In this document: positions 18,001 to 26,606 of the stretch, piece after piece
Position numbering within the stretch: the first letter of the stretch is position 1
Layout of the letters: every line of letters starts with the position of its first letter
Source: Eukaryota sp. TZLM1-RC
Lineage: Eukaryota > Protista > Metamonada: BaSk clade
Direction of reading: 5' to 3'
Length of the DNA: 64,000 bases
Assembly (NCBI GenBank): GCA_040285825.1
Contig: JAUPSS010000013.1
Coordinates: 1-64,000, forward strand
The notes under the pieces: model-generated
Databases searched by the model: none
What the model was told of the DNA's origin: nothing
The model's input: only the letters and a program-made list of their open reading frames with translations
Program-made: the position numbers and the translations under genes

Positions 18001-19205
18001 TGTAATAAACAACCATTGGTCAATATACGAAACTAGGAACTTCATATGAGCCTCAGTAAATCGTACCAAAAACGATACTCTTACACTTACAGCAATGGTT
18101 TTATTAGTTTGCAACATTCAATTGTATACTTTTGGATTTTTTACTATTTTTACAATTTAATGTTTAAAAATTAATAAACTCAATTAATTCAAATATATAC
18201 AAAATCAATTGAAAATGTAATCATGAGTTTGTACTGATCACATAGCCAACATTACTCACACACAATTTCACACAAAGTTTGATCACAAGTTGATCACATC
18301 TAGTACATAAGGACTACATCATGCAACTCACCAAATCAAACCAATGACTACTCAAATGACCATAGCACGGACTTTAACACCACAATTGTTATATTAATTG
18401 TCCCAAAATGGACTTCAAAGATTTGACCAATGATTGTAATAAACAACCATTGGTCAATATACGAAACTAGGAACTTCATATGAGCCTCAGTAAATCGTAT
18501 CAAAAACGATACTCTTACACTTACAGCAATTGTTTTATTAGTTTACAACATTCAATTGTATACTTTTGATTTTTTACTTTTTTACAATTTAATGTTTAAA
18601 AATTAATACACTCAATTAATTCAAATATATACAAAATCATTTGAAAATGTAATCATGAGTTTGTACTGATCAAGTAACACATAGCCAACATTACTCACAC
18701 ACAATTTCACACAAAGTTTGATCACAAGTTGATCACATCTAGTACATAAAGACTACATGCAACTCATCTAATCATACCAATGACCATTCAACCAATCATA
18801 CCAATGACTAATCAAATGACCATAGCACGGACTTTAACACCACAATTGTTATAATAATTGTCCCAAAATGGACTTTAAAGATTTGACCAATGATTGTAAT
18901 AAACAACCATTGGTCAATATACGAAACTAGGAACTTCATATGAGCCTCAGTAAATCGTATCAAAAACGATACTCTTACACTTACAGCAATTGTTTTATTA
19001 GTTTACAACATTCAATTGTATACTTTTTGATTTTTTTACTTTTTTTACAATTTAATGTTTAAAAATTAATACACTCAATTAATTCAAATATATACAAAAT
19101 TATTTGAAAATGTAATCATGAGTTTGTACTGATCAAGTAACACATAGCCAACATTACTCACACACAATTTCACACAAAGTTTGATCACAAGTTGATCACA
19201 TCTAG
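1..19205 (-). repeat. Tandem array (~42 units, ~440-480 bp) of rDNA spacer repeat; each unit = 28S 3'-terminal ~70 nt + 3'-ETS hairpin + AT-rich spacer
   Basis: The motif GAACTTCATATGAGCCTCAGTAAATCGTATCAAAAACGATACTCTTACACTTACAGCAAT recurs about every 460 bp and is identical to the end of the 28S at 29938-29997. Units differ mainly in an internal ACCAATGA-type microrepeat and in T tracts. The array runs off the window start. Confidence 0.95.
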
Positions 19206-19356
19206 TGATGGTCTATGGCTAGGGTTATCGTGTGACATAGCTTGTGTAAATGTAAAGTAATTTATTAGGGAGAGGAATTGTATTCTCTCTTCTTAAGCTA
19301 ACAGGCGGAATACTAATAACTAAACTATTAACTATAAATACTATTCAAGACTAACA
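19206..19356 (-). repeat. 3' LTR (151 bp)
   Basis: TGATGGTCTATGGC...CAAGACTAACA, matches 26456-26606. Confidence 0.95.
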
Positions 19357-22300
19357 CTGCCTTTTCCTCTCTTTCGAGCGACGAGCCCTGGAAGCTCTAG
19401 TCACAGGAGGTGAACTAATAGAATTATGACGCTTCTTGGGAGGAGCGGATTTAGTATGGCGACGTGCTTTTGAAGTCTTGATGAAGTCTTTATACGCGGC
19501 AGTATTTTGGACTGTAGACACATGCTCAGTGGTGATCTCTTTACCTGGCCATTGCACTTGGCAAAAGTCACCTTCCTGGCTGAGCACTTTTTCAATGATG
19601 TGTTCTTCGACATCACCAGCAGCGACCCAGGAGTGGAACTCATCGTTGGTGGGCAAGCTGGAGTGCCAGGGAGCTAAGTGTTTGACGCTAGCTTGGACAA
19701 TCGTACCTGTGCAGAGATTCTTAATATTCACAGACGAATTGGATACGATTTCAGTAATTAGGAAGGGTCCTAAATAGTCTCCATGAAGCTTAGCGGAAGA
19801 GCCAGATGCTCTCAATACCAATTGACCAACTTCAAAAGGGTTTGGAGTTGACGATCTAGCTAGCTTGGAAGCTTTGGAAGCTTGATGATGTGCTGCCTTT
19901 TCTTGTTTCTCTTTCAATCTTCGAAATTTAGATTGAATTTCTTGAATAAAAGATGACTCAGACGTCGAGCTTTCAATGATTTCAAGAATTTTGCCAGGGT
20001 CAGATCTGGGAGACACATCAGAGCCAAAGATCACTTGGTATGGAGTGTGGTTGGTTATTGAGCTCTTGGAAGAGTTGATCAATAATTGCACATAAGGCAA
20101 GTATTCAGACCACACATCGTAGGCATTGAAGTCTACGAGCAATTTCCGTAGGTTTTGCAGGATGTCTCTGTGTCGGCGCTCTACCAGGCCGTTGGACTGA
20201 GAAAACCTAGGTATTGACTTTGACACCTCTATGCCCAAAAATTTGCTTAATTCGTCAAAGACAGCCTTGGAAAATTCGGGTCCATTATCGCTGTGGATTT
20301 GAAATGGAATACCAAAGATGGCACAGACTTTCCAAATTAATGCATCTGCAGTAAGATTGGCATTTATCTCTTTTAAAGGCACGATGATCGTGAACCTAGA
20401 GAAGCTGTCGATAAATACGAGGATGTATTTGTAGCCTTCTTGATCTTCTGGAAGTGGACCAATGACGTCGGCGTTGACGCGAGCAAAAGGTCTGTCAGCC
20501 CACAATGAACCGGTTGGGGGAACATGCAGTTTGGGAACTGGCTTTGTTTTCTGACAGGAGGGGCATTCTTGGACGTGCTTATTCATGTCGGTGAGCATGT
20601 TTGGCCACCAATAATCGCTGTTCCTGAGCTTGTTCAGGCTTTCAGCTTTGCTTGGATGACCTCCTTGCAGAAGTCCATGCAACAGGTTAAGGGTGTCCTT
20701 AATGAGTGATTCGGGAATCACTATCTTGTTGTCGTGAGTCATATATAAATCAAGATGATTGTTATGAACACAGTTGTTGAAAGAGGGGTCTTTGGAAGCT
20801 ATGGCAAGCTTCTGTTCGGACCTAATCCTACAGAGCCATGGCTCGAAAATAGGCAGGTCGTTGGAACATCGTTCTCTGATGACCATGATACGTTCGAAGT
20901 TGTTTAGGTCTTCGATGTAGTATCTTTCATTTTCTGTTCCATCAATTTTATCAATGTAAAATATTGGATGAAAATTTGGAGGCATTTGATGGGACAAATG
21001 ATTGATCTCTTGATGGTCTATAGGTGGAACTATTCGAGACAACATATCAGCCCAGAAGTTATCTTCCCCTTTGGTATGTACCAAGTCAAAGCAGAATTCA
21101 GAGAATATGGGTAACCATCTTGTTACAATTCTGTTCTTCTCAGGAGCCGTGAACATGTAGGTAAGGTTTTGATGGTCTGTGAATATGACCAGTTTCCTTC
21201 CTTTTAAGTAGTTTTCAAAACCACTTTGAGTTAACATGAGTAGGATAGCGTAGAGTTCCTTTTGGTTAGTCGGCCAGTTCTTTTGCGAGTTGGTTAACAA
21301 CCGGCTGAAGAAGCTGATAGGCCTACATTTCCTATTGATCAGGGGGGTACCGGGGTCGTCGACTTGTTCGATTTGTTCCCATATGACGCCGCCTACAGCA
21401 ATGTCGGATGCATCGCAACTATTTAAAATTTGGTTTTCCTGCGGAGGTAAGCTGAGCGGCATGTGTTTCGCTATCAGTTGTTTGATCTTTCGAAGGAGTC
21501 CATCGTGCATGTCGGTCCATTGAAGGCGTTGCGCGCGGGGTTTGGGTTTAACGTTGGAGTTAGTTCCATCCTTCTTAGTCAATCTGATGATAGGAGCGAT
21601 GAGCTCAGATACCTGAGGAAGCCATTCTCTAATGAAGTTGACTGATCCTACGAGGCTGCGGACGTCTTTGATTGTCTTTGGTCTAGGTAGATTCAGCAAA
21701 GATTCAACGCGAGTGGGATCGATAGTCCGTTGCTTGTTTTGGAAAACACTGCCCAGTATCTTGATTGGGTGTCTGGAAGACACGAAATGGCACTTTGGAA
21801 GTCCCAAGGAAACTCTTTTGCATCTGGCTTGATCAAGGACGCGACGGAGGCGTTCAATGAATTCGTCAAAGGTTGAACCTATGATTATGATGTCATCTAT
21901 GTAAATGAAGACACCGTCTCCAGAGAAGATGTCAGCCATGACGTTTTGGAAAACGGCTGGGACATTCTTTAGGCCAAAAGCTGCACGTTTGAACATGATA
22001 CTTTTGCCAGAAATGCTCAGGGCTGTTTTCTGCCAATCCTTTTCAGCAATCTTGAGTTGCCAGAAGGCTTTGGGGAGGTCAAGGGTGCCTATGTAGTTCG
22101 CTTGGGAGAGAAATACCAGCACGTCGGAGATCCTTTTAAGGTTGGGCTCAACAGGAATGGTGTTGGCGTTGACTCCGTCCTTGCCACTATAGTCACCGGC
22201 AAGGCGGGGCTTACGGTGATCTGGGTAGACCACTAGACAGACAGGGGAGCTAAACTCATGGTTCGATGGGACAGCAAATCCTGAGTCTACGAGTTCGTCG

Positions 22301-23073
22301 AAAATTTGGTTAGCGACCTCTAGCCTGGCTGGATTCAGGGTCCTGGGGGGTCTTCTAACTCTGACGTCTTCGTTGTAGAAGTTGATTTCCATGGGAGGGC
22401 AATCAATACCTTCAGCATGAGGCTTGAGGGTAAATACGTCTTCGAACTCCTTCAAAGTTTGAAGTAGGGACTTCTTGAAATGGTCGTTGTCGAGGTTGAT
22501 GGTACAACCAGATGAGTTGATGTGTTCCAACCAACGTGTGGAAACGTTGACGACTTCTGAAGCTTGCGATATTCGATGGTCGAATTCGGCTTCAGGTAAT
22601 AGTAATGTGCGACAGGCGTCGTCCATTCTAATATAAATGCCCTTGTTGTTCATCAGCCCAAGGTGACTCAACAAGTCAGCACCAATGAGAATGGTCTCAT
22701 GTCCAGGAACGATGCTGAACTTGTGTTTCACGTGTACAATCTGGGAAACACTGCCTAGTCTAATGCTAAGGGTTCCAGAAGCAGTACCAAGGGACTGTGA
22801 GGTAGATCCATCAGCAATCTTGTATGATATGGTTTCGTTGGAACGTGCCATGTTACAATTACTGATGACGTCTTCTGTGACTACTGAGCATGTTGCACCG
22901 GAGTCAATTATGCCTTTAACTTCGACATTGTTGATCAAGAAGTTTAATTGTAGGCAGTTGGTTGTGGACTTTATGGATTGTACCATAAATATTGTATCGG
23001 AATCATATTCAGCTTGTTCTGAGAAGAAATTAGCTTGAATGTTATGCGTCTTGGTATGTTCCAAGTTGGCCAA
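19351..23073 (-). CDS. pol: Pol polyprotein: aspartic protease, reverse transcriptase, RNase H, integrase, C-terminal chromodomain-like region
   Basis: IIDSGA (PR); LDLPKAFWQ, FGLKNVPAVFQ, YIDD (RT); CDASD, KELYAI, FTDHQNL, ADMLSR (RH); H..GHP..CPSC, ADVIGPL, HSDNGPEF, NGLVERRH, YLGPF (INT); EEHIIEKVLS..QVQWPG..TTEH (chromodomain-like). Confidence 0.96.
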   Translation of the reverse strand: MANLEHTKTHNIQANFFSEQAEYDSDTIFMVQSIKSTTNCLQLNFLINNVEVKGIIDSGATCSVVTEDVISNCNMARSNETISYKIADGSTSQSLGTASGTLSIRLGSVSQIVHVKHKFSIVPGHETILIGADLLSHLGLMNNKGIYIRMDDACRTLLLPEAEFDHRISQASEVVNVSTRWLEHINSSGCTINLDNDHFKKSLLQTLKEFEDVFTLKPHAEGIDCPPMEINFYNEDVRVRRPPRTLNPARLEVANQIFDELVDSGFAVPSNHEFSSPVCLVVYPDHRKPRLAGDYSGKDGVNANTIPVEPNLKRISDVLVFLSQANYIGTLDLPKAFWQLKIAEKDWQKTALSISGKSIMFKRAAFGLKNVPAVFQNVMADIFSGDGVFIYIDDIIIIGSTFDEFIERLRRVLDQARCKRVSLGLPKCHFVSSRHPIKILGSVFQNKQRTIDPTRVESLLNLPRPKTIKDVRSLVGSVNFIREWLPQVSELIAPIIRLTKKDGTNSNVKPKPRAQRLQWTDMHDGLLRKIKQLIAKHMPLSLPPQENQILNSCDASDIAVGGVIWEQIEQVDDPGTPLINRKCRPISFFSRLLTNSQKNWPTNQKELYAILLMLTQSGFENYLKGRKLVIFTDHQNLTYMFTAPEKNRIVTRWLPIFSEFCFDLVHTKGEDNFWADMLSRIVPPIDHQEINHLSHQMPPNFHPIFYIDKIDGTENERYYIEDLNNFERIMVIRERCSNDLPIFEPWLCRIRSEQKLAIASKDPSFNNCVHNNHLDLYMTHDNKIVIPESLIKDTLNLLHGLLQGGHPSKAESLNKLRNSDYWWPNMLTDMNKHVQECPSCQKTKPVPKLHVPPTGSLWADRPFARVNADVIGPLPEDQEGYKYILVFIDSFSRFTIIVPLKEINANLTADALIWKVCAIFGIPFQIHSDNGPEFSKAVFDELSKFLGIEVSKSIPRFSQSNGLVERRHRDILQNLRKLLVDFNAYDVWSEYLPYVQLLINSSKSSITNHTPYQVIFGSDVSPRSDPGKILEIIESSTSESSFIQEIQSKFRRLKEKQEKAAHHQASKASKLARSSTPNPFEVGQLVLRASGSSAKLHGDYLGPFLITEIVSNSSVNIKNLCTGTIVQASVKHLAPWHSSLPTNDEFHSWVAAGDVEEHIIEKVLSQEGDFCQVQWPGKEITTEHVSTVQNTAAYKDFIKTSKARRHTKSAPPKKRHNSISSPPVTRASRARRSKERKRQC
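19360..19374 (-). other. Polypurine tract
   Basis: Minus strand reads AAAGAGAGGAAAAGG, 3 nt upstream of the 3' LTR. Confidence 0.85.
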
Positions 23074-23081
23074 AGGATTGA

Positions 23082-23981
23082 TTAGGGAATCTTTCCATGT
23101 TGTGTTTTCTGTGTGGGAATGTGTTGTAGTTGTAGGGGTATGGTTTCAAAACAGTGTAAATAGTGACGGGAACGTTTATTATATGATGAAGAGCCCTTGC
23201 CTCTGCCGCGAGTGCCTCTTCGGCTACGGAAACCAGAACCTCTAGAACCTCTGCCTCGAGCTTTGTGTTGAGCTTGTTGCTCTCTCCACTTTTTGCTTCT
23301 TTGGCAGTCCTCACTAGGGCACCTTTCAGTCGGATGACCCATTTGTTTACAGAAATTGCATTGGACGTTGACATCAGACTGAGTGGAAGACGGTTGAGTA
23401 GAGCTTCCTTCTCGTCGTTGTTGTTTTGGGCGCCTGCCAGAGCTGGAACCTCTTGTTTTGGGGATAGCAGGGGGAGAAGGTACCGTCTGTCTGCGACGGT
23501 TCTCAGTCTGGAACGAGATTCTATTTTGATACAAGAAGTCCACGTGATTGATCTGCTCCTTAAAAGATCTAGCATTACAAAAGTTTTCGTACTCTATTTG
23601 GAGAACACTGAAAAATTCACCTAGGGTGTGGCCATCTGAGTAGTAATGGGAGGGGTTGGACCAGATCCTGAGGAGTCTGTCCCTGATGATGGTAATACCG
23701 ATGCTTTCAATGACGTGAGAAGCAATTTCCCATTCGGGGAGTCGGTCTACGGGGTTTCCGTGGATGGTGATGTTTCTCATTTGATGAGTCAGGCCACGAA
23801 CGTCTTGGATAGCGGTGGAACGCGTTAAGACTCTGCCTATGTTAAGCATGAAGTCTATCCATCTGTTACCATAATCTCTCTCAGACCAATCCATGTTAAC
23901 TGCATGTAGAGCGTCCAGAGCTTGATCCAGTCTACTGAATTGGGTTCTCCTTAGGATCTGTTCCCCAAATGTTGCGTTCAT
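23082..23981 (-). CDS. gag: Gag C-terminal segment (capsid-like region and CCHC nucleocapsid knuckle)
   Basis: CNFCKQMGHPTERC fits Cx2Cx4Hx4C, followed by an RG-rich basic tail; directly upstream of pol. Confidence 0.85.
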   Translation of the reverse strand: MNATFGEQILRRTQFSRLDQALDALHAVNMDWSERDYGNRWIDFMLNIGRVLTRSTAIQDVRGLTHQMRNITIHGNPVDRLPEWEIASHVIESIGITIIRDRLLRIWSNPSHYYSDGHTLGEFFSVLQIEYENFCNARSFKEQINHVDFLYQNRISFQTENRRRQTVPSPPAIPKTRGSSSGRRPKQQRREGSSTQPSSTQSDVNVQCNFCKQMGHPTERCPSEDCQRSKKWREQQAQHKARGRGSRGSGFRSRRGTRGRGKGSSSYNKRSRHYLHCFETIPLQLQHIPTQKTQHGKIP

Positions 23982-24660
23982 CTCTGCTGGTTGGGACCAT
24001 CGCAGAGGAAATTGAAAGGCCAGTGCCTTGATACCTTAAAGCGTTGAGAGCTTCAGGTGTAACGCATTCAGCTAAACCTCTGGGACTGATGCGCATGGCG
24101 GATCGGAAGAGATCCCATTCGTGAACTGGTTCGCTGTCGAACCGTTGGTCAGATGCCAATTCTGCTGATCTGGCTAGTTCGAGTTCTTCGCGAAGTCTGG
24201 CAACTTCGCTGGCCAAAGCAACTTGAGCAGGGTCTTCGATATTACCTCGAGCCTCATCGACTATTCTGTCGGTGCGACTCCAGAGAATGAATTTGTTAAC
24301 AAACTTTAGGAGTTTATCAACATCTCTTAAGTCAGAAGCATCGAGAGTTGGACGTTTGGGACGGTCCCTACGTCTATTATCCCTGTCTCTTGATCCCACC
24401 ATGGAAGATAGGAGAAGGTTGCTGTCGTAAGTACCCGAAAATGTAGAACGAGAAGAACTTACTGTGGATGGTGTTGGTTGAACCGGGGGCTGAGAACTTG
24501 TAGAACTAGTGGAAAGGAGTGTGGGTGGAACCACTGATTGTTCCATTGGCTGTGCAGGTACTGGAGTGTGTTCCATGGGTGTTAACACAGTTGGAATAGA
24601 GTCAGGAGTTGGAGACTCATCACTGACTTCCACTACAACGTCCTCTTCAGTTTGTTCCAT
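23932..24660 (-). CDS. gag: Gag middle segment, probably continuous with neighbouring ORFs through homopolymer frameshifts
   Basis: Overlaps the 299 aa ORF at a G4 run; S/P/T-rich then helical sequence. Confidence 0.65.
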   Translation of the reverse strand: MEQTEEDVVVEVSDESPTPDSIPTVLTPMEHTPVPAQPMEQSVVPPTLLSTSSTSSQPPVQPTPSTVSSSRSTFSGTYDSNLLLSSMVGSRDRDNRRRDRPKRPTLDASDLRDVDKLLKFVNKFILWSRTDRIVDEARGNIEDPAQVALASEVARLREELELARSAELASDQRFDSEPVHEWDLFRSAMRISPRGLAECVTPEALNALRYQGTGLSISSAMVPTSRDERNIWGTDPKENPIQ

Positions 24661-24667
24661 GGGAGGA

Positions 24668-26488
24668 TTATGCGAGGGTTGTGTGGGGGTTCTGTAGAAG
24701 TTTCCATAGGTTGTTCAACGGAGGATGGAACTTCGTTTTGGTGAGGTTCAGGGAAGGTTCAGTTTCTTCAATCTGGGCAGGAACCTGATATGAAGAGATC
24801 GCTGGTTGTACCAAGCGTGTCTTTTCTATGCGACCTTCTACCATGACCCATTTCAACATCCTGGATTCTATGCATCCAGGGAAAACTGTGACAAGCTGGA
24901 GAGCTCTTTGAAGATTGCCTGATCTTCTGTGGTCAGGCCCACAATATGAAGCTATATGGTCAGGACGTCTGTCGTAAAGAAAGAGTCTTTCACCATATGT
25001 GGTTTCAGTAAACCACCACCCTGTTCTATAATCTCTGTCGATGAGGATATCGAGAGATGCGTTGTACCCAGGGCTGAACCTAGGGTATGGGCAAGGGTTG
25101 TGAACATTTATGAAGAGGTTGTCTTCATCTCCAGCGAAGCGTCTGAATACTCCTTCTCGAGTAGTTCTCATGAACCTAACTCCGGGTCTTGGTTCATAAG
25201 TTGGTTCAGGGTCATTCCTGGAGGTTTCTGGGGTGATCCTTTCATCGGAAAGAAATGGACCAATTCTGGGAGAGATCCATAATCCTAAGTCGTTCTCGAC
25301 TTTGGGACCGTAGAAAGGAGGCCGTTTGTTGCTCATCTCCGTGGGAGGGATGGCTTCTGGATCCCCTGGAATGACTCGTGTGTCCCTATATCTAGCATAA
25401 GGGTTGTGCTGACGGGAAGCACCATGATTGACACTTGAGCTAGCGTAGGAGCTAGTTTGAGAAGGGGTAAGTTGAGCAGGTGTAGAGGATGTTCCTCTTC
25501 TAGCTTCAATCTCTCTGTCCAATCTTTTTCTGTGTTCCCAGTTTCGTTCTTCTTGGAGAAAACGCTCTATATATTCTTTAGAGACCTCACCAGGAATTTT
25601 GTCAATTTCAGAAGAAGGTGCCGTGGGAGGGACCTGATGTTGAGGTAGAGGGGAGAATTCCTTGGGAGGTTCCTCGTACTCAACCAAATCTGAAAAGATT
25701 TGTTCGTACCTTTTCCTTTGCTCTTCGGAAAGATACGAAGGAAGGTTCGAAAAGCTAGGAATGGAATCACTAGCCTGGTGAGGGGAAACAGATAGATTAT
25801 TAACTCCACTAACTGTTGTAGTCAGAGGAGATCCTGAAGCTGGAACAGCAGGATTTTGAATGTTCCTCCTAACAGTTGGAACTGGAGGGAGGAGCTGTTG
25901 AGAATGAGAGGGTGGAACCTCAGAACTAGATGAAAGGGATGAAGATGGTACTTCAATGGCCTTTGTAGAGGAGGAAGAGGGTTGATCTTCTAATCCTTCC
26001 TTTGACGCGAGAGAAGGTTGAACAGTCTCTCTGTTCTGAGTAGAAGGTGAAGGTGGTACTTCAGAACTTCTTTCAGGGAGGGGAGAAGGTGGGACTTCAG
26101 ACGCCCTTAAATGTGAAGGAGGAAGAGGAGCAACGGAATCCTCAACATCTTCATCGTCGTAGGAGACTAATGAAGGGCTTCTTCCTTCCGAAGGAATAGA
26201 ATCCTTGGGAGGGTTGTCTCCTTCTACAGGAACGGAATCCCGAGGAGAGGAACTTCCTTCCATGGGAACGGAATCCTCAGGAAGGGAACTATCTTCCTTT
26301 GGGGTAGAACCCTCGGGAAGAGTTGCTTCAGGAAGCGCAGAAGCTTCAACCGAAGAAGGAGGCACGGAAGCAGAGTCTGTGGTTAGTGGTGAGGAAGAGG
26401 GACCAGTCTCTTCCTCAAGGATCCTACGCTGAGCCGGGGACGACCCAATACGTATTGATGGTCTATGGCTAGGGTTATCGTGTGACAT
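24668..26488 (-). CDS. N-terminal gag extension: ~350 aa S/P/E-rich low-complexity region plus ~200 aa globular region of unknown function
   Basis: 606 aa ORF whose ATG (26488) lies inside the 5' LTR; same strand as pol. Confidence 0.7.
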   Translation of the reverse strand: MSHDNPSHRPSIRIGSSPAQRRILEEETGPSSSPLTTDSASVPPSSVEASALPEATLPEGSTPKEDSSLPEDSVPMEGSSSPRDSVPVEGDNPPKDSIPSEGRSPSLVSYDDEDVEDSVAPLPPSHLRASEVPPSPLPERSSEVPPSPSTQNRETVQPSLASKEGLEDQPSSSSTKAIEVPSSSLSSSSEVPPSHSQQLLPPVPTVRRNIQNPAVPASGSPLTTTVSGVNNLSVSPHQASDSIPSFSNLPSYLSEEQRKRYEQIFSDLVEYEEPPKEFSPLPQHQVPPTAPSSEIDKIPGEVSKEYIERFLQEERNWEHRKRLDREIEARRGTSSTPAQLTPSQTSSYASSSVNHGASRQHNPYARYRDTRVIPGDPEAIPPTEMSNKRPPFYGPKVENDLGLWISPRIGPFLSDERITPETSRNDPEPTYEPRPGVRFMRTTREGVFRRFAGDEDNLFINVHNPCPYPRFSPGYNASLDILIDRDYRTGWWFTETTYGERLFLYDRRPDHIASYCGPDHRRSGNLQRALQLVTVFPGCIESRMLKWVMVEGRIEKTRLVQPAISSYQVPAQIEETEPSLNLTKTKFHPPLNNLWKLLQNPHTTLA

Positions 26489-26606
26489 AGCTTGTGTAAA
26501 TGTAAAGTAATTTATTAGGGAGAGGAATTGTATTCTCTCTTCTTAAGCTAACAGGCGGAATACTAATAACTAAACTATTAACTATAAATACTATTCAAGA
26601 CTAACA
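26456..26606 (-). repeat. 5' LTR (151 bp)
   Basis: Matches 19206-19356; followed on + by the TSD CTAG and the resumed spacer repeat. Confidence 0.95.

Larger units (their letters stand above)
19206..26606 (-). mobile_element. Full-length Ty3/Gypsy LTR retrotransposon, chromovirus-like, 7401 bp
   Basis: Two apparently identical 151 bp TG...CA direct repeats; 4 bp TSD CTAG (19202-19205 and 26607-26610) interrupting the repeat sequence CACATCTAGTACAT; gag zinc knuckle; pol order PR-RT-RH-INT; polypurine tract beside the 3' LTR. Confidence 0.97.

Noticed and set aside
1-19205. CRISPR-like array or repeated small genes (63-79 aa ORFs such as MLQTNKTIAVSVRVSF)
   Set aside because: There are no unique spacers; whole units repeat. 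The ORFs appear and vanish with single-base variants and overlap rRNA-derived sequence.
19401-26432. Plus-strand and alternative-frame ORFs inside the LTR element, including the 177 aa ORF at 23042-23575
   Set aside because: Shadow frames of gag/pol with no recognisable motifs.
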